From the IMG/VR virus record IMGVR_UViG_3300025120_009955, positions 1 through 64,000 of that record: a stretch of 64,000 nt of DNA. One strand, 5' to 3'. This DNA is from a virus. The notes beneath the pieces are model-generated. The model saw only the letters and a list, made by a program, of their open reading frames with translations, was not told the DNA's origin and ran no database searches. Made by a program: the position numbers and the translations under genes. Positions 1-8,646 of this stretch are shown here, one piece after another (position 1 is the first letter of the stretch; the number at the start of each line of letters is the position of its first letter).

Positions 1-6
1 CACATA

Positions 7-1242
7 ATGAAACTATTTGAAATTAAAGGCCAAACTCCAAACTTTTTACTAACAGAAAGTAAAAATACCCATATGGAACATCTAGAAGATCTAGTGTTTA
101 ATAACGGATATGCAGGCGGAGTAGAAGCATTGAACTATGCTGACAGTGTACGATCGATGTTAGCAGATGGTCAAGGAAATATAGGAAAGATAACAGTTAA
201 GTGGGACGGCAGTCCTGCAATCATATGTGGCACTGATCCTAAAGACGGTAAGTTCTTTGTAGGCACCAAGTCAGTTTTTGCAAAGACACAACCAAAGTTA
301 TGTAAATCAAAGAGAGACGTTGATAAGTTTTATGGTGAAGTTCCTGAACTAGCAAACATATTACTAACAGCATTATCCAATCTTAAAAAATTAGGGATTG
401 GCCAAGTGCTACAAGGCGATATGATGTTTATGGAAGGTACTAAACAAACAGACGATATCGATGGAGAGAACTATATTACATTTACTCCAAACACTATTAC
501 ATATGCAGTAGAATCCAACAGCAAGCTAGGACAACAGATATCAAATGCTAAATTTGGTATAGTGTTTCATACAACATATAAAGGTGATAGTCTTGAAGAA
601 ATGAAAGCAGACTACTCAGTGAATATAGAAGGACTTAATAAAACTAGTGATGTATGGTTTGATGATGCAACATATAAAGATTTAACAGGTATTGCTAGTC
701 TGACTCCTGCAGAAGATAAAAATCTTACTGCGTTAATGGGTGCTACTATGCGAACAATGGAAAAACTTGGGCCACAGAGATTTAACGTGGTATTAGAAAA
801 CAAAGAATTTGCTAAGTTTATAAAACCATTTATTAATAAGTCAGTACGTGGCGGCAACCAAACGCCAAATCCATCACAGTTTATTAAAGATTTTGTTACT
901 TATTATAATGACCAGATGATGAAAGATATTGAGCCTAGTGACAGTGATAGTCGTAAGGCCAAAAATAGATTAGAAAAGATAGAAAGTAAAAAACAATGGA
1001 TAGGGGATAATGTAAACAATCTCGTTGGTGTACTTGCAGTGTACAAACGATTAGTCGAAATTAAACAGATTCTAATAGAAAAACTACAACAGGTAGAAGG
1101 TATTAGAACATTCCAAAAAACCAATGATGGATATAAAGTAACTAATCCAGAAGGATTTGTAGCAATTGGGCACGAAGGTGGTGCTGTTAAATTAGTAGAT
1201 CGTTTAACATTTAGCAGACAGAACTTTCAAAAAGCACGATAG
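7..1242 (+). CDS. Conserved phage protein (DUF6267-like) with ligase/nucleotidyltransferase-like KWDG motif
   Basis: 411 aa; HMEHLED, TVKWDGSPAI and C-terminal PEGFV...KLVDR motifs typical of large-myovirus proteins. Confidence 0.6.
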   Translation: MKLFEIKGQTPNFLLTESKNTHMEHLEDLVFNNGYAGGVEALNYADSVRSMLADGQGNIGKITVKWDGSPAIICGTDPKDGKFFVGTKSVFAKTQPKLCKSKRDVDKFYGEVPELANILLTALSNLKKLGIGQVLQGDMMFMEGTKQTDDIDGENYITFTPNTITYAVESNSKLGQQISNAKFGIVFHTTYKGDSLEEMKADYSVNIEGLNKTSDVWFDDATYKDLTGIASLTPAEDKNLTALMGATMRTMEKLGPQRFNVVLENKEFAKFIKPFINKSVRGGNQTPNPSQFIKDFVTYYNDQMMKDIEPSDSDSRKAKNRLEKIESKKQWIGDNVNNLVGVLAVYKRLVEIKQILIEKLQQVEGIRTFQKTNDGYKVTNPEGFVAIGHEGGAVKLVDRLTFSRQNFQKAR

Positions 1243-1296
1243 ACAGGACAAGGCATAAATAATAGAAAGCAGTAAATTTATAAACGGAGATACAAG

Positions 1297-1773
1297 ATGG
1301 CTGTACAACAACAAAAATACTTTGCTAATGGTGTGATACAAGGAAACGGTGTAGTAGGTACTCGTACACTAGCAGACACACTATACGGGCTAAACTCAAA
1401 ATTAGTAATCGTTACAGTTAACGGTGGCGGGTCAACAACAACTACAACACCACGTGGTAACGTATTAATGCAGGTAGATCAAATTGGTGGAGCACCTGAG
1501 TTAATTATTAAAGAAGTTAATCCATCAGCTTGGTTCTATAGTTATGTTCATCCAGCTAATCTTTATTGTGTAGTTGGTCCTGAAGTTTCAACTGCTGACT
1601 TACAGCATAGAATTAGACAGATTGGTGCTAATGCAGATGCAGTACGCTCGTCAGTAAACTCATTTACATATGCAAACACTAGTATAATTAGTTCTGCGGC
1701 ATCACCAGGTGATAATTCACAGGATATTAGTGGTACTGTAGTCGCTGAAGCGTCATCAATATTACTTACATAG
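1297..1773 (+). CDS. Hypothetical, probable virion protein
   Basis: GGAGA RBS, upstream CATAAATA late motif, G/S/T/V-rich, followed by a terminator. Confidence 0.55.
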   Translation: MAVQQQKYFANGVIQGNGVVGTRTLADTLYGLNSKLVIVTVNGGGSTTTTTPRGNVLMQVDQIGGAPELIIKEVNPSAWFYSYVHPANLYCVVGPEVSTADLQHRIRQIGANADAVRSSVNSFTYANTSIISSAASPGDNSQDISGTVVAEASSILLT

Positions 1774-1786
1774 TATATAAATTTAT

Positions 1787-1814
1787 AAAAAGGGTCACTA
1801 GTGGCTCTTTTTTT
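1787..1814 (+). terminator. Rho-independent terminator
   Basis: AGGGTCAC-TA-GTGGCTCT hairpin followed by a T-run. Confidence 0.75.
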
Positions 1815-1848
1815 ATGACTAAACATTTGGCCAATAAATACGTATATA

Positions 1849-2289
1849 ATGAATTCATACTTATACAGTGGCTATACTCTGATAGATATAACAGAGACAA
1901 AAATAACCAGATTCACGCCAAAAAAAGAATTTGAACGGAACCAGCAACGTAACTGGGAAACTCTGTTACAGGTAATTGGGTTACGTACACAGGTGATTGA
2001 TCCAGCACAGTCTATGGTCGAGGACGACGTCAGTGAATACAAATTTGGATCTAGTTACAGCGGTCGTCATACTATATGGCATTTTGAATTTGGTGTTGAA
2101 TTAAAAGACCAATTTCTTACTGTGACTACTAAAAACCATAATGAAATAGAAAATCCAATTGGTACGTTACTACTGGATCTTAATAATGTACCGATAATAC
2201 CAAGTCTTAAGGCAACTGCAGAATTTACAATTCCTGTATTTACTATGGATGGTGTCAATAAAAATACCTATGTTACTGCTATTAAATAA
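1849..2289 (+). CDS. Hypothetical phage protein
   Basis: 146 aa ORF, TLIDIT...RNQQRNWET motif, upstream AATAAATA. Confidence 0.6.
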   Translation: MNSYLYSGYTLIDITETKITRFTPKKEFERNQQRNWETLLQVIGLRTQVIDPAQSMVEDDVSEYKFGSSYSGRHTIWHFEFGVELKDQFLTVTTKNHNEIENPIGTLLLDLNNVPIIPSLKATAEFTIPVFTMDGVNKNTYVTAIK

Positions 2290-2377
2290 GCTGTAACGTA
2301 TAAATAACAGTATGTATATCTTCACGTGAATACAGAGAATTAGAATTAATATTAATTAAGAAACAGGAGAGATTTAA

Positions 2378-2842
2378 ATGGGTTATCAAACTAACACAAA
2401 CCAAAGATTTGGTCCAGAAGATGGGTCATCATTTGGTAATGCTATGGCCACTGGTGGTAGAACGTTATCACACTTTACAATAACAGCGGCAAATATGTAT
2501 GCGACTTCGGGAGCGGCGGCAGGTAAAGTAAATTGGGCAACAGCAGGATCAGTATACTACAAAATTATGGCAGGACTACAAGTTGTGCCTGGTACAATTG
2601 AACTATTAGGTGTGCCAACTACTGGTAATATCTTTAACATTGCTTATTCAGGACTAGAACCTGAGTTCACTGCTAACAACGTATCATGGGGTGGAAGAGC
2701 GGCAACAACTAGAGAGCTACAAATTCAGTCTTATGCTAACGGTGCTGTTTCAGGTGCTGAAGTAGGTAATGGCGTAGGTTGGGCATTAGCTAATGTTGTT
2801 TTAGGCTACACAGAAGCAGAGGTAATAGTTGCTACAGTGTAA
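2378..2842 (+). CDS. Hypothetical, probable virion protein
   Basis: AGGAGA RBS, TATAAATA at ~2299, A/G/T-rich, terminator downstream. Confidence 0.6.
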   Translation: MGYQTNTNQRFGPEDGSSFGNAMATGGRTLSHFTITAANMYATSGAAAGKVNWATAGSVYYKIMAGLQVVPGTIELLGVPTTGNIFNIAYSGLEPEFTANNVSWGGRAATTRELQIQSYANGAVSGAEVGNGVGWALANVVLGYTEAEVIVATV

Positions 2843-2868
2843 TTAAACTGTAACAGTTACAGTAATAC

Positions 2869-2894
2869 AAAAAAGGATCTTCGGATCCTTTTTT
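2869..2894 (+). terminator. Rho-independent terminator
   Basis: AAAAGGATC-TTCG-GATCCTTTTTT. Confidence 0.85.
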
Positions 2895-2977
2895 ATTGAT
2901 GATATAATATACTATTACAGTAATCTCTAGATTATAAATACTACTTGAAACAGTAATAGATGCAAAAACAAAACATT

Positions 2978-3015
2978 AAGGCACATATTAAGGCACACAA
3001 AGGCACAATAAAGCA
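2978..3015 (+). repeat. Three AAGGCACA direct repeats plus one degenerate copy in a late leader
   Basis: Copies at 2978, 2990 and 3000; AAAGCA at 3010; TATAAATA at ~2933. Confidence 0.7.
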
Positions 3016-3039
3016 TCGCTCCACTTTTAGGAAAGCGAG

Positions 3040-3297
3040 ATGGCCAAGCCAAACGAAATTGAAAAACAAAACTTAGAAGCTCACGTCGAGCTTTGTGCTA
3101 TAAGGTACTCTCACTTGGAAAGCAAACTAGAAAATTTAGAACATAGAATGGATAAACTTGAAACACATCTAGTGGATATCAAGGGACATCTCTCAAAGAA
3201 AGTTGCTGGAACAGATGCTAAAATCTGGAAAGTCGTCCTCACACTGTTAAGTATAGCATTAGCAGGCATCATGGGTTTTCTTTATCACTCCATATAG
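3040..3297 (+). CDS. Small coiled-coil protein with C-terminal transmembrane helix
   Basis: Heptad region LESKLENLEHRMDKLE followed by a hydrophobic helix. Confidence 0.65.
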   Translation: MAKPNEIEKQNLEAHVELCAIRYSHLESKLENLEHRMDKLETHLVDIKGHLSKKVAGTDAKIWKVVLTLLSIALAGIMGFLYHSI

Positions 3298-3316
3298 AAG
3301 TCGTATAAATAGTTGT

Positions 3317-3526
3317 ATGAAGATCATTGAACTAAAAAATAAAATATTAACTCCCATTACTAATGAAGAAAGTGCTCTGCTAAAACGATTTATCGGTAAT
3401 ACTCCTGTTCCAAAAAGTCATCTAGGCCTAAGAGAACAAGAATTAGCATACAAGCTGACTATTAAGGATGCACTAGTTCGAACAAACACTGATGGCAAAA
3501 TCTATTACACAAAAATCATCGACTGA
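3317..3526 (+). CDS. Hypothetical phage protein
   Basis: 69 aa ORF after TATAAATA (3304). Confidence 0.55.
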   Translation: MKIIELKNKILTPITNEESALLKRFIGNTPVPKSHLGLREQELAYKLTIKDALVRTNTDGKIYYTKIID

Positions 3527-3986
3527 ACAATTCGATATTGAAAAAATCAAAAGGTTTACTCAAGAAGAATTAAAAAATCTGGCTCAAGTACCTAGTGAAC
3601 TTCCTTTCTGTTATCAAATTGGCAAGGATCTTTTGGTAGGAAACTATCGCATTAATTATATAAACAACGACTGTTGGCGTGTTATGCACGTAGATAGTCA
3701 GCTATTTGATTTTTTTAATCGTAAAGACGCAATATACTATTGCGTAGCATTACATAAAGATCAACACAGCCTGGCAAAAGATATTCGAGACTGTGATGCC
3801 TTACTAAATAAATTAGAGTTCGAAGCACAATTGTATCGTATTCGTTATAAGAAGGCTAAGAAAGCTCAAGATAGTTGGGGACAGGAATTTGCTACAACCA
3901 AGTATAAAGATATTATGTTACGTATAGATCTAGCCAGAGAAGAAATTAAAAAAAATATAGATATTGCTAAATATATAAAAGTTTAA
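3492..3986 (+). CDS. Hypothetical phage protein
   Basis: 164 aa ORF in a tightly packed cluster. Confidence 0.6.
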   Translation: MAKSITQKSSTEQFDIEKIKRFTQEELKNLAQVPSELPFCYQIGKDLLVGNYRINYINNDCWRVMHVDSQLFDFFNRKDAIYYCVALHKDQHSLAKDIRDCDALLNKLEFEAQLYRIRYKKAKKAQDSWGQEFATTKYKDIMLRIDLAREEIKKNIDIAKYIKV

Positions 3987-4012
3987 AAGTATCTAAAAAT
4001 TAGGAAATAACA

Positions 4013-4690
4013 ATGAAACTACAAGAAATGTCTACTAAAACAGCAAAAAAGTTGAACAAACTAATGGAAAGCCGTTTTGGTTTCACTATTAATTACGATA
4101 ATCTAGATGTAACTAAAGCTACTAAGCTAAATGAAAAGATTACAGCCAATCTAGACAACATCCGCCATAGCGTTGATTTGCATACAGCAGAAAAGAATCC
4201 ACGTTATATGGAATTACTTACAGTGCAAGAAGGACTTTCGACCTGGTTAAAAGAAAATAGTGAAACTGAAGTTATCACTGAAGGCGAAGTTGGTAGTGCT
4301 GAAGTATTACTAGCCGCTAAGAGTATGGTAGATGAAGTTCAGGATATGATTGAAACAGCAGGTAAAATGCAAAACGAGCAACTACCACAATTACTAGATA
4401 GTATCCGTGATCAACTTGGTAGTGAACAAGCTGATGCTTTCCAACAGTCAGTTGGCGGAACATTAGAACAATTAATGCCAGCACTACAAACAGCTAGAGA
4501 TGGTGTCGATGGTGGTGTCAGAGTACTATCCGGTGAGCAAGTTGATACTCCAATGGATATGCCAACTCCAGATAGTGATCTTGATCTTGAAGTTGATGAT
4601 GTCGAAACAGTTACTCCGGACGCAGATGGCTTTGATGCTACTGGTGCCGCAGTAGGTGGTGATACAGAACTTGGTCGCGAATTAAGATAA
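4013..4690 (+). CDS. Acidic helical protein, possible prohead core/scaffold protein
   Basis: MKLQEM start, ITEGE motif, acidic C-terminus; function inferred. Confidence 0.45.
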   Translation: MKLQEMSTKTAKKLNKLMESRFGFTINYDNLDVTKATKLNEKITANLDNIRHSVDLHTAEKNPRYMELLTVQEGLSTWLKENSETEVITEGEVGSAEVLLAAKSMVDEVQDMIETAGKMQNEQLPQLLDSIRDQLGSEQADAFQQSVGGTLEQLMPALQTARDGVDGGVRVLSGEQVDTPMDMPTPDSDLDLEVDDVETVTPDADGFDATGAAVGGDTELGRELR

Positions 4691-4692
4691 TC

Positions 4693-5067
4693 GTGCGAGT
4701 TGATGAATTTGCTAACAGTAGTTCAAATCCAGAAGATAACTTAGTAACAGCTCTGGAACTTATTCGTAATCGCTACAAAGATGATGAAACACTTCCAAAA
4801 ATTTCTACACAGAGTATAATCAAGCTAGTACTAAACACAGATCGTACTTTTGATTATGATGCTCTAGTATCAGCAAACGAAAACAATCCAGCAGTAAAAA
4901 CCCTAATTAAAAGTTTTAACAAAGACTATGTTGAATTACACCCTGCAGGCAATGATGGTGAAAACGACTCAACAACAACTAACACCGATGGTAAAACTGG
5001 AACAGCAAACACTGTAAACAAGATGGCCAAACGTGCCGCTAAAAAAAGAAGTAAATCTACTTTTTAA
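4693..5067 (+). CDS. Hypothetical phage protein with basic C-terminus
   Basis: 124 aa, GTG start, ends VNKMAKRAAKKR. Confidence 0.55.
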   Translation: MRVDEFANSSSNPEDNLVTALELIRNRYKDDETLPKISTQSIIKLVLNTDRTFDYDALVSANENNPAVKTLIKSFNKDYVELHPAGNDGENDSTTTNTDGKTGTANTVNKMAKRAAKKRSKSTF

Positions 5068-5132
5068 ATACAATCCTTGACAATCCCTTATAAATAGTGT
5101 AGTATATAATATACTAACTTGAGAGAAATAAT

Positions 5133-5516
5133 ATGGCTTATAGCGATAAAGTATTAGATCATTACGAAAATCCAAGAAATGTTGGCTCTTTTGACAAAAA
5201 AGACTCAGACGTTGGAACTGGTATGGTTGGTGCACCTGCTTGTGGTGATGTTATGAAACTACAAATTAAAGTAGACAAAGGGGTAATAACAGATGCAAAG
5301 TTTAAAACTTATGGCTGTGGTAGTGCTATTGCATCTAGTTCACTGGTCACAGAAATGCTTAAAGGTTGCACTTTGGATGAAGCACAAGCTATCAAAAACA
5401 CATCCATAGTTGAAGAGTTAGCTCTTCCTCCTGTAAAGATACATTGTTCTGTACTTGCTGAAGATGCAATTAAAAGTGCAATAGTCGATTACAAGAAAAA
5501 ACAAGAAACAGTTTAA
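5133..5516 (+). CDS. iscU: Fe-S cluster scaffold IscU
   Basis: YSDKVLDHYENPRNVG, APACGDVM, GCGSAIASSS, LPPVKIHCS. Confidence 0.97.
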   Translation: MAYSDKVLDHYENPRNVGSFDKKDSDVGTGMVGAPACGDVMKLQIKVDKGVITDAKFKTYGCGSAIASSSLVTEMLKGCTLDEAQAIKNTSIVEELALPPVKIHCSVLAEDAIKSAIVDYKKKQETV

Positions 5517-5517
5517 T

Positions 5518-5841
5518 ATGATTTCATTAACTGACATAGCCGCTGAGAAAGCTAGCAATGCAATAGCCAGCAGAGAAAACACTATAGGACTTCGCATAGG
5601 AGTTAAGACTACAGGCTGTTCAGGTATGGCATATGTATTAGAGTTTGTTGACACTCTGGAAACAGATAATGATCAAACATATCAAGACAAAGGCATTACT
5701 CTAGTAGTAAGTAAAAAAGATTTAACCTATCTAGAAGGTATGCAACTAGACTATCAAAAGAAAGGACTCAATGAAGGCTTTGAGTTTATCAATCCAAATG
5801 AATCAGCACGCTGTGGGTGTGGAGAAAGTTTCACAGTCTAA
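5518..5841 (+). CDS. iscA: A-type Fe-S carrier IscA
   Basis: GCSGMAY and CGCGESF motifs. Confidence 0.95.
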   Translation: MISLTDIAAEKASNAIASRENTIGLRIGVKTTGCSGMAYVLEFVDTLETDNDQTYQDKGITLVVSKKDLTYLEGMQLDYQKKGLNEGFEFINPNESARCGCGESFTV

Positions 5842-5861
5842 TTAGTTGACTACTTTTATTA

Positions 5862-6812
5862 TTACCGTTTGGATTCAATCCATTCTAACATAGGATGTAT
5901 TATTTCTTTTAATATTCTTTCTTTTACAATACCCTCATTAAAAAACAAGTTATGATTGTGTGCTAATTTTTCTAGTGTTAAAGAATCATATTTGTGTTTC
6001 TGGAAAGATTTAACATTGTTGATTACTGCCGACAGTCGATCTTGGTCGTTTTGTATTAGATCGTAGCTTTCATCGAATAGATTTTCAAAAGTTTCAAACC
6101 CTAAATCTTTTAGGAAATGTAAAGTACCAGGTTGCCCCCAAACGATAAAAGGGTGATAGTAGGCCATGGGCTTAAAGGATTTTTCCGTAACGTGTGTCCC
6201 TCCTAAAAGATCTTTCGTAGTTTCAGCAACGAGACTAAAATACGTGTCATTATACCACATTGGATTAAAATATCTTTGTTGTTGGCCAGTCACTCCTGCA
6301 CTTGCTGGAAATAGAGGATCAGCATCCTCGGGCAAGTATTTTCCTAATCGTTCTACATAACTGTAATAGAAATCGTCAAGGTATGGAATCATCCTTTCAT
6401 ACAACATTTCAAAATGAGGTTTAATCAGCCCCATTGGCATCAAGCCCATTTTCTTGTATGTCTTGTTTGGACGGTAATCGTTGTAGCCCATATCCCTGTA
6501 GGTAAGAGATTCGTAATACCAAAACCAATTACGGTTGCTTACATTGTATTCGTTTATACCAGCGTGATCTCCCATACACCAAAGAGAATCAACGAAGGTT
6601 AGATATCCTTGATCCTTAAGATAGTCACACCAAGTTTTACCGTTGGTTATCACTTCCATACAGTCCGCTACCAGAAAACAGTTTTTACTATCCATCTTAT
6701 CAATCCTTTCAATGAAAGACACATCAAAATACTCTGTAAAAGTATTAGTAAAATATTTTGAATGGAAACTGTTAAAATGTTTTTCGGATATTACCAAATT
6801 ATATTTTTTCAT
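5862..6812 (-). CDS. Glycosyltransferase-like protein (paralog 1 of 3)
   Basis: FSLVAET...TEKSFKP...PF...GFETF...DESYD C-terminal block, GT10-like. Confidence 0.55.
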   Translation of the reverse strand: MKKYNLVISEKHFNSFHSKYFTNTFTEYFDVSFIERIDKMDSKNCFLVADCMEVITNGKTWCDYLKDQGYLTFVDSLWCMGDHAGINEYNVSNRNWFWYYESLTYRDMGYNDYRPNKTYKKMGLMPMGLIKPHFEMLYERMIPYLDDFYYSYVERLGKYLPEDADPLFPASAGVTGQQQRYFNPMWYNDTYFSLVAETTKDLLGGTHVTEKSFKPMAYYHPFIVWGQPGTLHFLKDLGFETFENLFDESYDLIQNDQDRLSAVINNVKSFQKHKYDSLTLEKLAHNHNLFFNEGIVKERILKEIIHPMLEWIESKR

Positions 6813-6859
6813 ACATATATTTACTTGACTTTACTCTAATGAACATATATACTAATACT

Positions 6860-7543
6860 ATGCTTATAAAAAAATACGATTACACACCCATATCACGAAA
6901 ATCAGTAGATGGTAAAAGATTATACAATTTACCCGATGGTAGTAAAGTTCCTAGTGTTACTACTATACTGGATAAAACTAAGTCAAAAGAAAAGCAAGAA
7001 GCACTAGCAAATTGGCGTAAACGTGTAGGTACTGCCAAAGCACAAGAAATAACTACAGAGGCCGCTAACCGTGGAACTCGTATGCACAAATGGTTAGAAG
7101 ACTATGTCGAGAATGATAGAAATATGGGAGCTCCTGGAACTAATCCATATAGTCAACAAAGTTATAAAATGGCAGAAGTAATTGTTGAAAAAGGTTTAAC
7201 ACACGTAGATGAAGTATGGGGCATTGAAGTACCTTTATACTTTCCAGGATTATACGCAGGTACTACAGATGCGTGTGGAGTATACAAAGGTCAGCCAGCA
7301 ATAATTGATTATAAACAGACTAATAAACCTAAGAAAACAGAGTGGGTTGATGACTATTTTATACAATTATGTGCATATGCTGAAGCACATAATGAGGTCC
7401 ATGGTACAGACATTAAAACCGGAGTTATATTAATGTGTAGCAAGGACTATGAATTTCAAACGTGGACAGTACAAGGAAACGAATGGAATATCTGGCGAGA
7501 TCGATGGTTTGACAGGGTTGAGCAGTATTATAAGTTAGCATAA
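6860..7543 (+). CDS. PD-(D/E)XK exonuclease of T4-like phages
   Basis: PSVTTIL, RGTRMH, AGTTD, IIDYKQ, QLCAYA; start placed at ATG 6860, downstream of the TTGACT/TATACT promoter. Confidence 0.85.
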   Translation: MLIKKYDYTPISRKSVDGKRLYNLPDGSKVPSVTTILDKTKSKEKQEALANWRKRVGTAKAQEITTEAANRGTRMHKWLEDYVENDRNMGAPGTNPYSQQSYKMAEVIVEKGLTHVDEVWGIEVPLYFPGLYAGTTDACGVYKGQPAIIDYKQTNKPKKTEWVDDYFIQLCAYAEAHNEVHGTDIKTGVILMCSKDYEFQTWTVQGNEWNIWRDRWFDRVEQYYKLA

Positions 7544-7604
7544 TCTCTCTAAGCTCATTGTTTTTATCTGAGCATAAATACTAGTTATAAAGTAAGGTGA
7601 GAAT

Positions 7605-8144
7605 ATGGCTGTAATACAAATATCAAAGATACAGGTCCGAAGAGGACTACAAGAAAATTTACCAAATTTGGCAAGTGGCGAGTTCGGCTGGTCAATTGAT
7701 GAACGCAGATTATTCATTGGTAATGGTACACTTACAGAAGGAGCACCGCAATTAGGTGTTACTGAAATACTTACTCAGTATAGTGATCTAGATAATCTTA
7801 TAGCTAACATTACAGCGTCTAATCTATCATTTAACACTACTACTATTCTCAACAATACTACACAACAGACAAACATTACAGTCGGTAATCTTAAACAAAG
7901 AATAATTGACTATGATCTAGTTAGAGGATCATTTACTCGAGTTGGTTCAATGAAAGTAACTAACATCGGTGGAGTATCACAGCTAGAAGACGACTACGTA
8001 GAAACAGGCAACACAGGAGTTATACTAACTTTTGCGGCTAACACATCAAATGCCTCTAACGTATCATTACAGTATGTTTCAACCAATACTGGTACAAATG
8101 CCACATTCAATTATTATCTGAAATCATTCCAAGTAGAAGCGTAA
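7605..8144 (+). CDS. Virion structural/fibre-associated protein
   Basis: N-terminal QISKIQVRRG...LASGEFGW...RLFIGNG motif common in myovirus fibre proteins; late motif upstream. Confidence 0.7.
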   Translation: MAVIQISKIQVRRGLQENLPNLASGEFGWSIDERRLFIGNGTLTEGAPQLGVTEILTQYSDLDNLIANITASNLSFNTTTILNNTTQQTNITVGNLKQRIIDYDLVRGSFTRVGSMKVTNIGGVSQLEDDYVETGNTGVILTFAANTSNASNVSLQYVSTNTGTNATFNYYLKSFQVEA

Positions 8145-8145
8145 G

Positions 8146-8616
8146 ATGTCTATGACCTGGCAGGACTTCTGGACCCTACGAGTGAATGATCGATTAAGGC
8201 AATGGACCGATTTCAGGCAACAACTAGACAAATTGCCGTTTGATTTAGCACTTGTAGAACTAAACGAAATGTGGAGCAGTGCTCCGCAAGTCAACTATGC
8301 TTTAGACCAAAGTAGTAATAAAAATTGGCCAACTCCGTGGGAATTGTTAGCCGAAACCAACTATTGTACCATTGCAAAAGCTCTAGGAATAATGTATACT
8401 ATATACTTTACTAGACATAGATCCACCGATGTAGAGTTACGTGTATACTATAACTATGATGACAAGGAAAGGCACGCTGTAGCGTGGTTTAAGGGTGGTG
8501 AATATATTCTTAACTACTGGCCATTTGAAATAGTAAATACAAAACAGATACAAGAAAAGCAGTTGAAGTTGCTTTATCAATACACGAGTAAAGATTTAAA
8601 ATTGGAAAGTTATTAA
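8146..8616 (+). CDS. Hypothetical, possible transglutaminase-like Cys protease fold
   Basis: WPTPWELL..NYCTIAKAL...HAV. Confidence 0.4.
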   Translation: MSMTWQDFWTLRVNDRLRQWTDFRQQLDKLPFDLALVELNEMWSSAPQVNYALDQSSNKNWPTPWELLAETNYCTIAKALGIMYTIYFTRHRSTDVELRVYYNYDDKERHAVAWFKGGEYILNYWPFEIVNTKQIQEKQLKLLYQYTSKDLKLESY

Positions 8617-8646
8617 ACATAAACATATAGAAAATAGAGGGTTCAA

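Noticed and set aside
2847-2863. ACTGTAAC-A-GTTACAGT palindrome as a third copy of the xoxF/pqqA operator
   Set aside because: The spacing differs and it lies between a stop codon and a terminator rather than after a promoter.
6860-7543. Cas4/CRISPR system
   Set aside because: This is a generic phage PD-(D/E)XK exonuclease without the Cas4 Cys cluster, and I saw no repeat-spacer array in the window.
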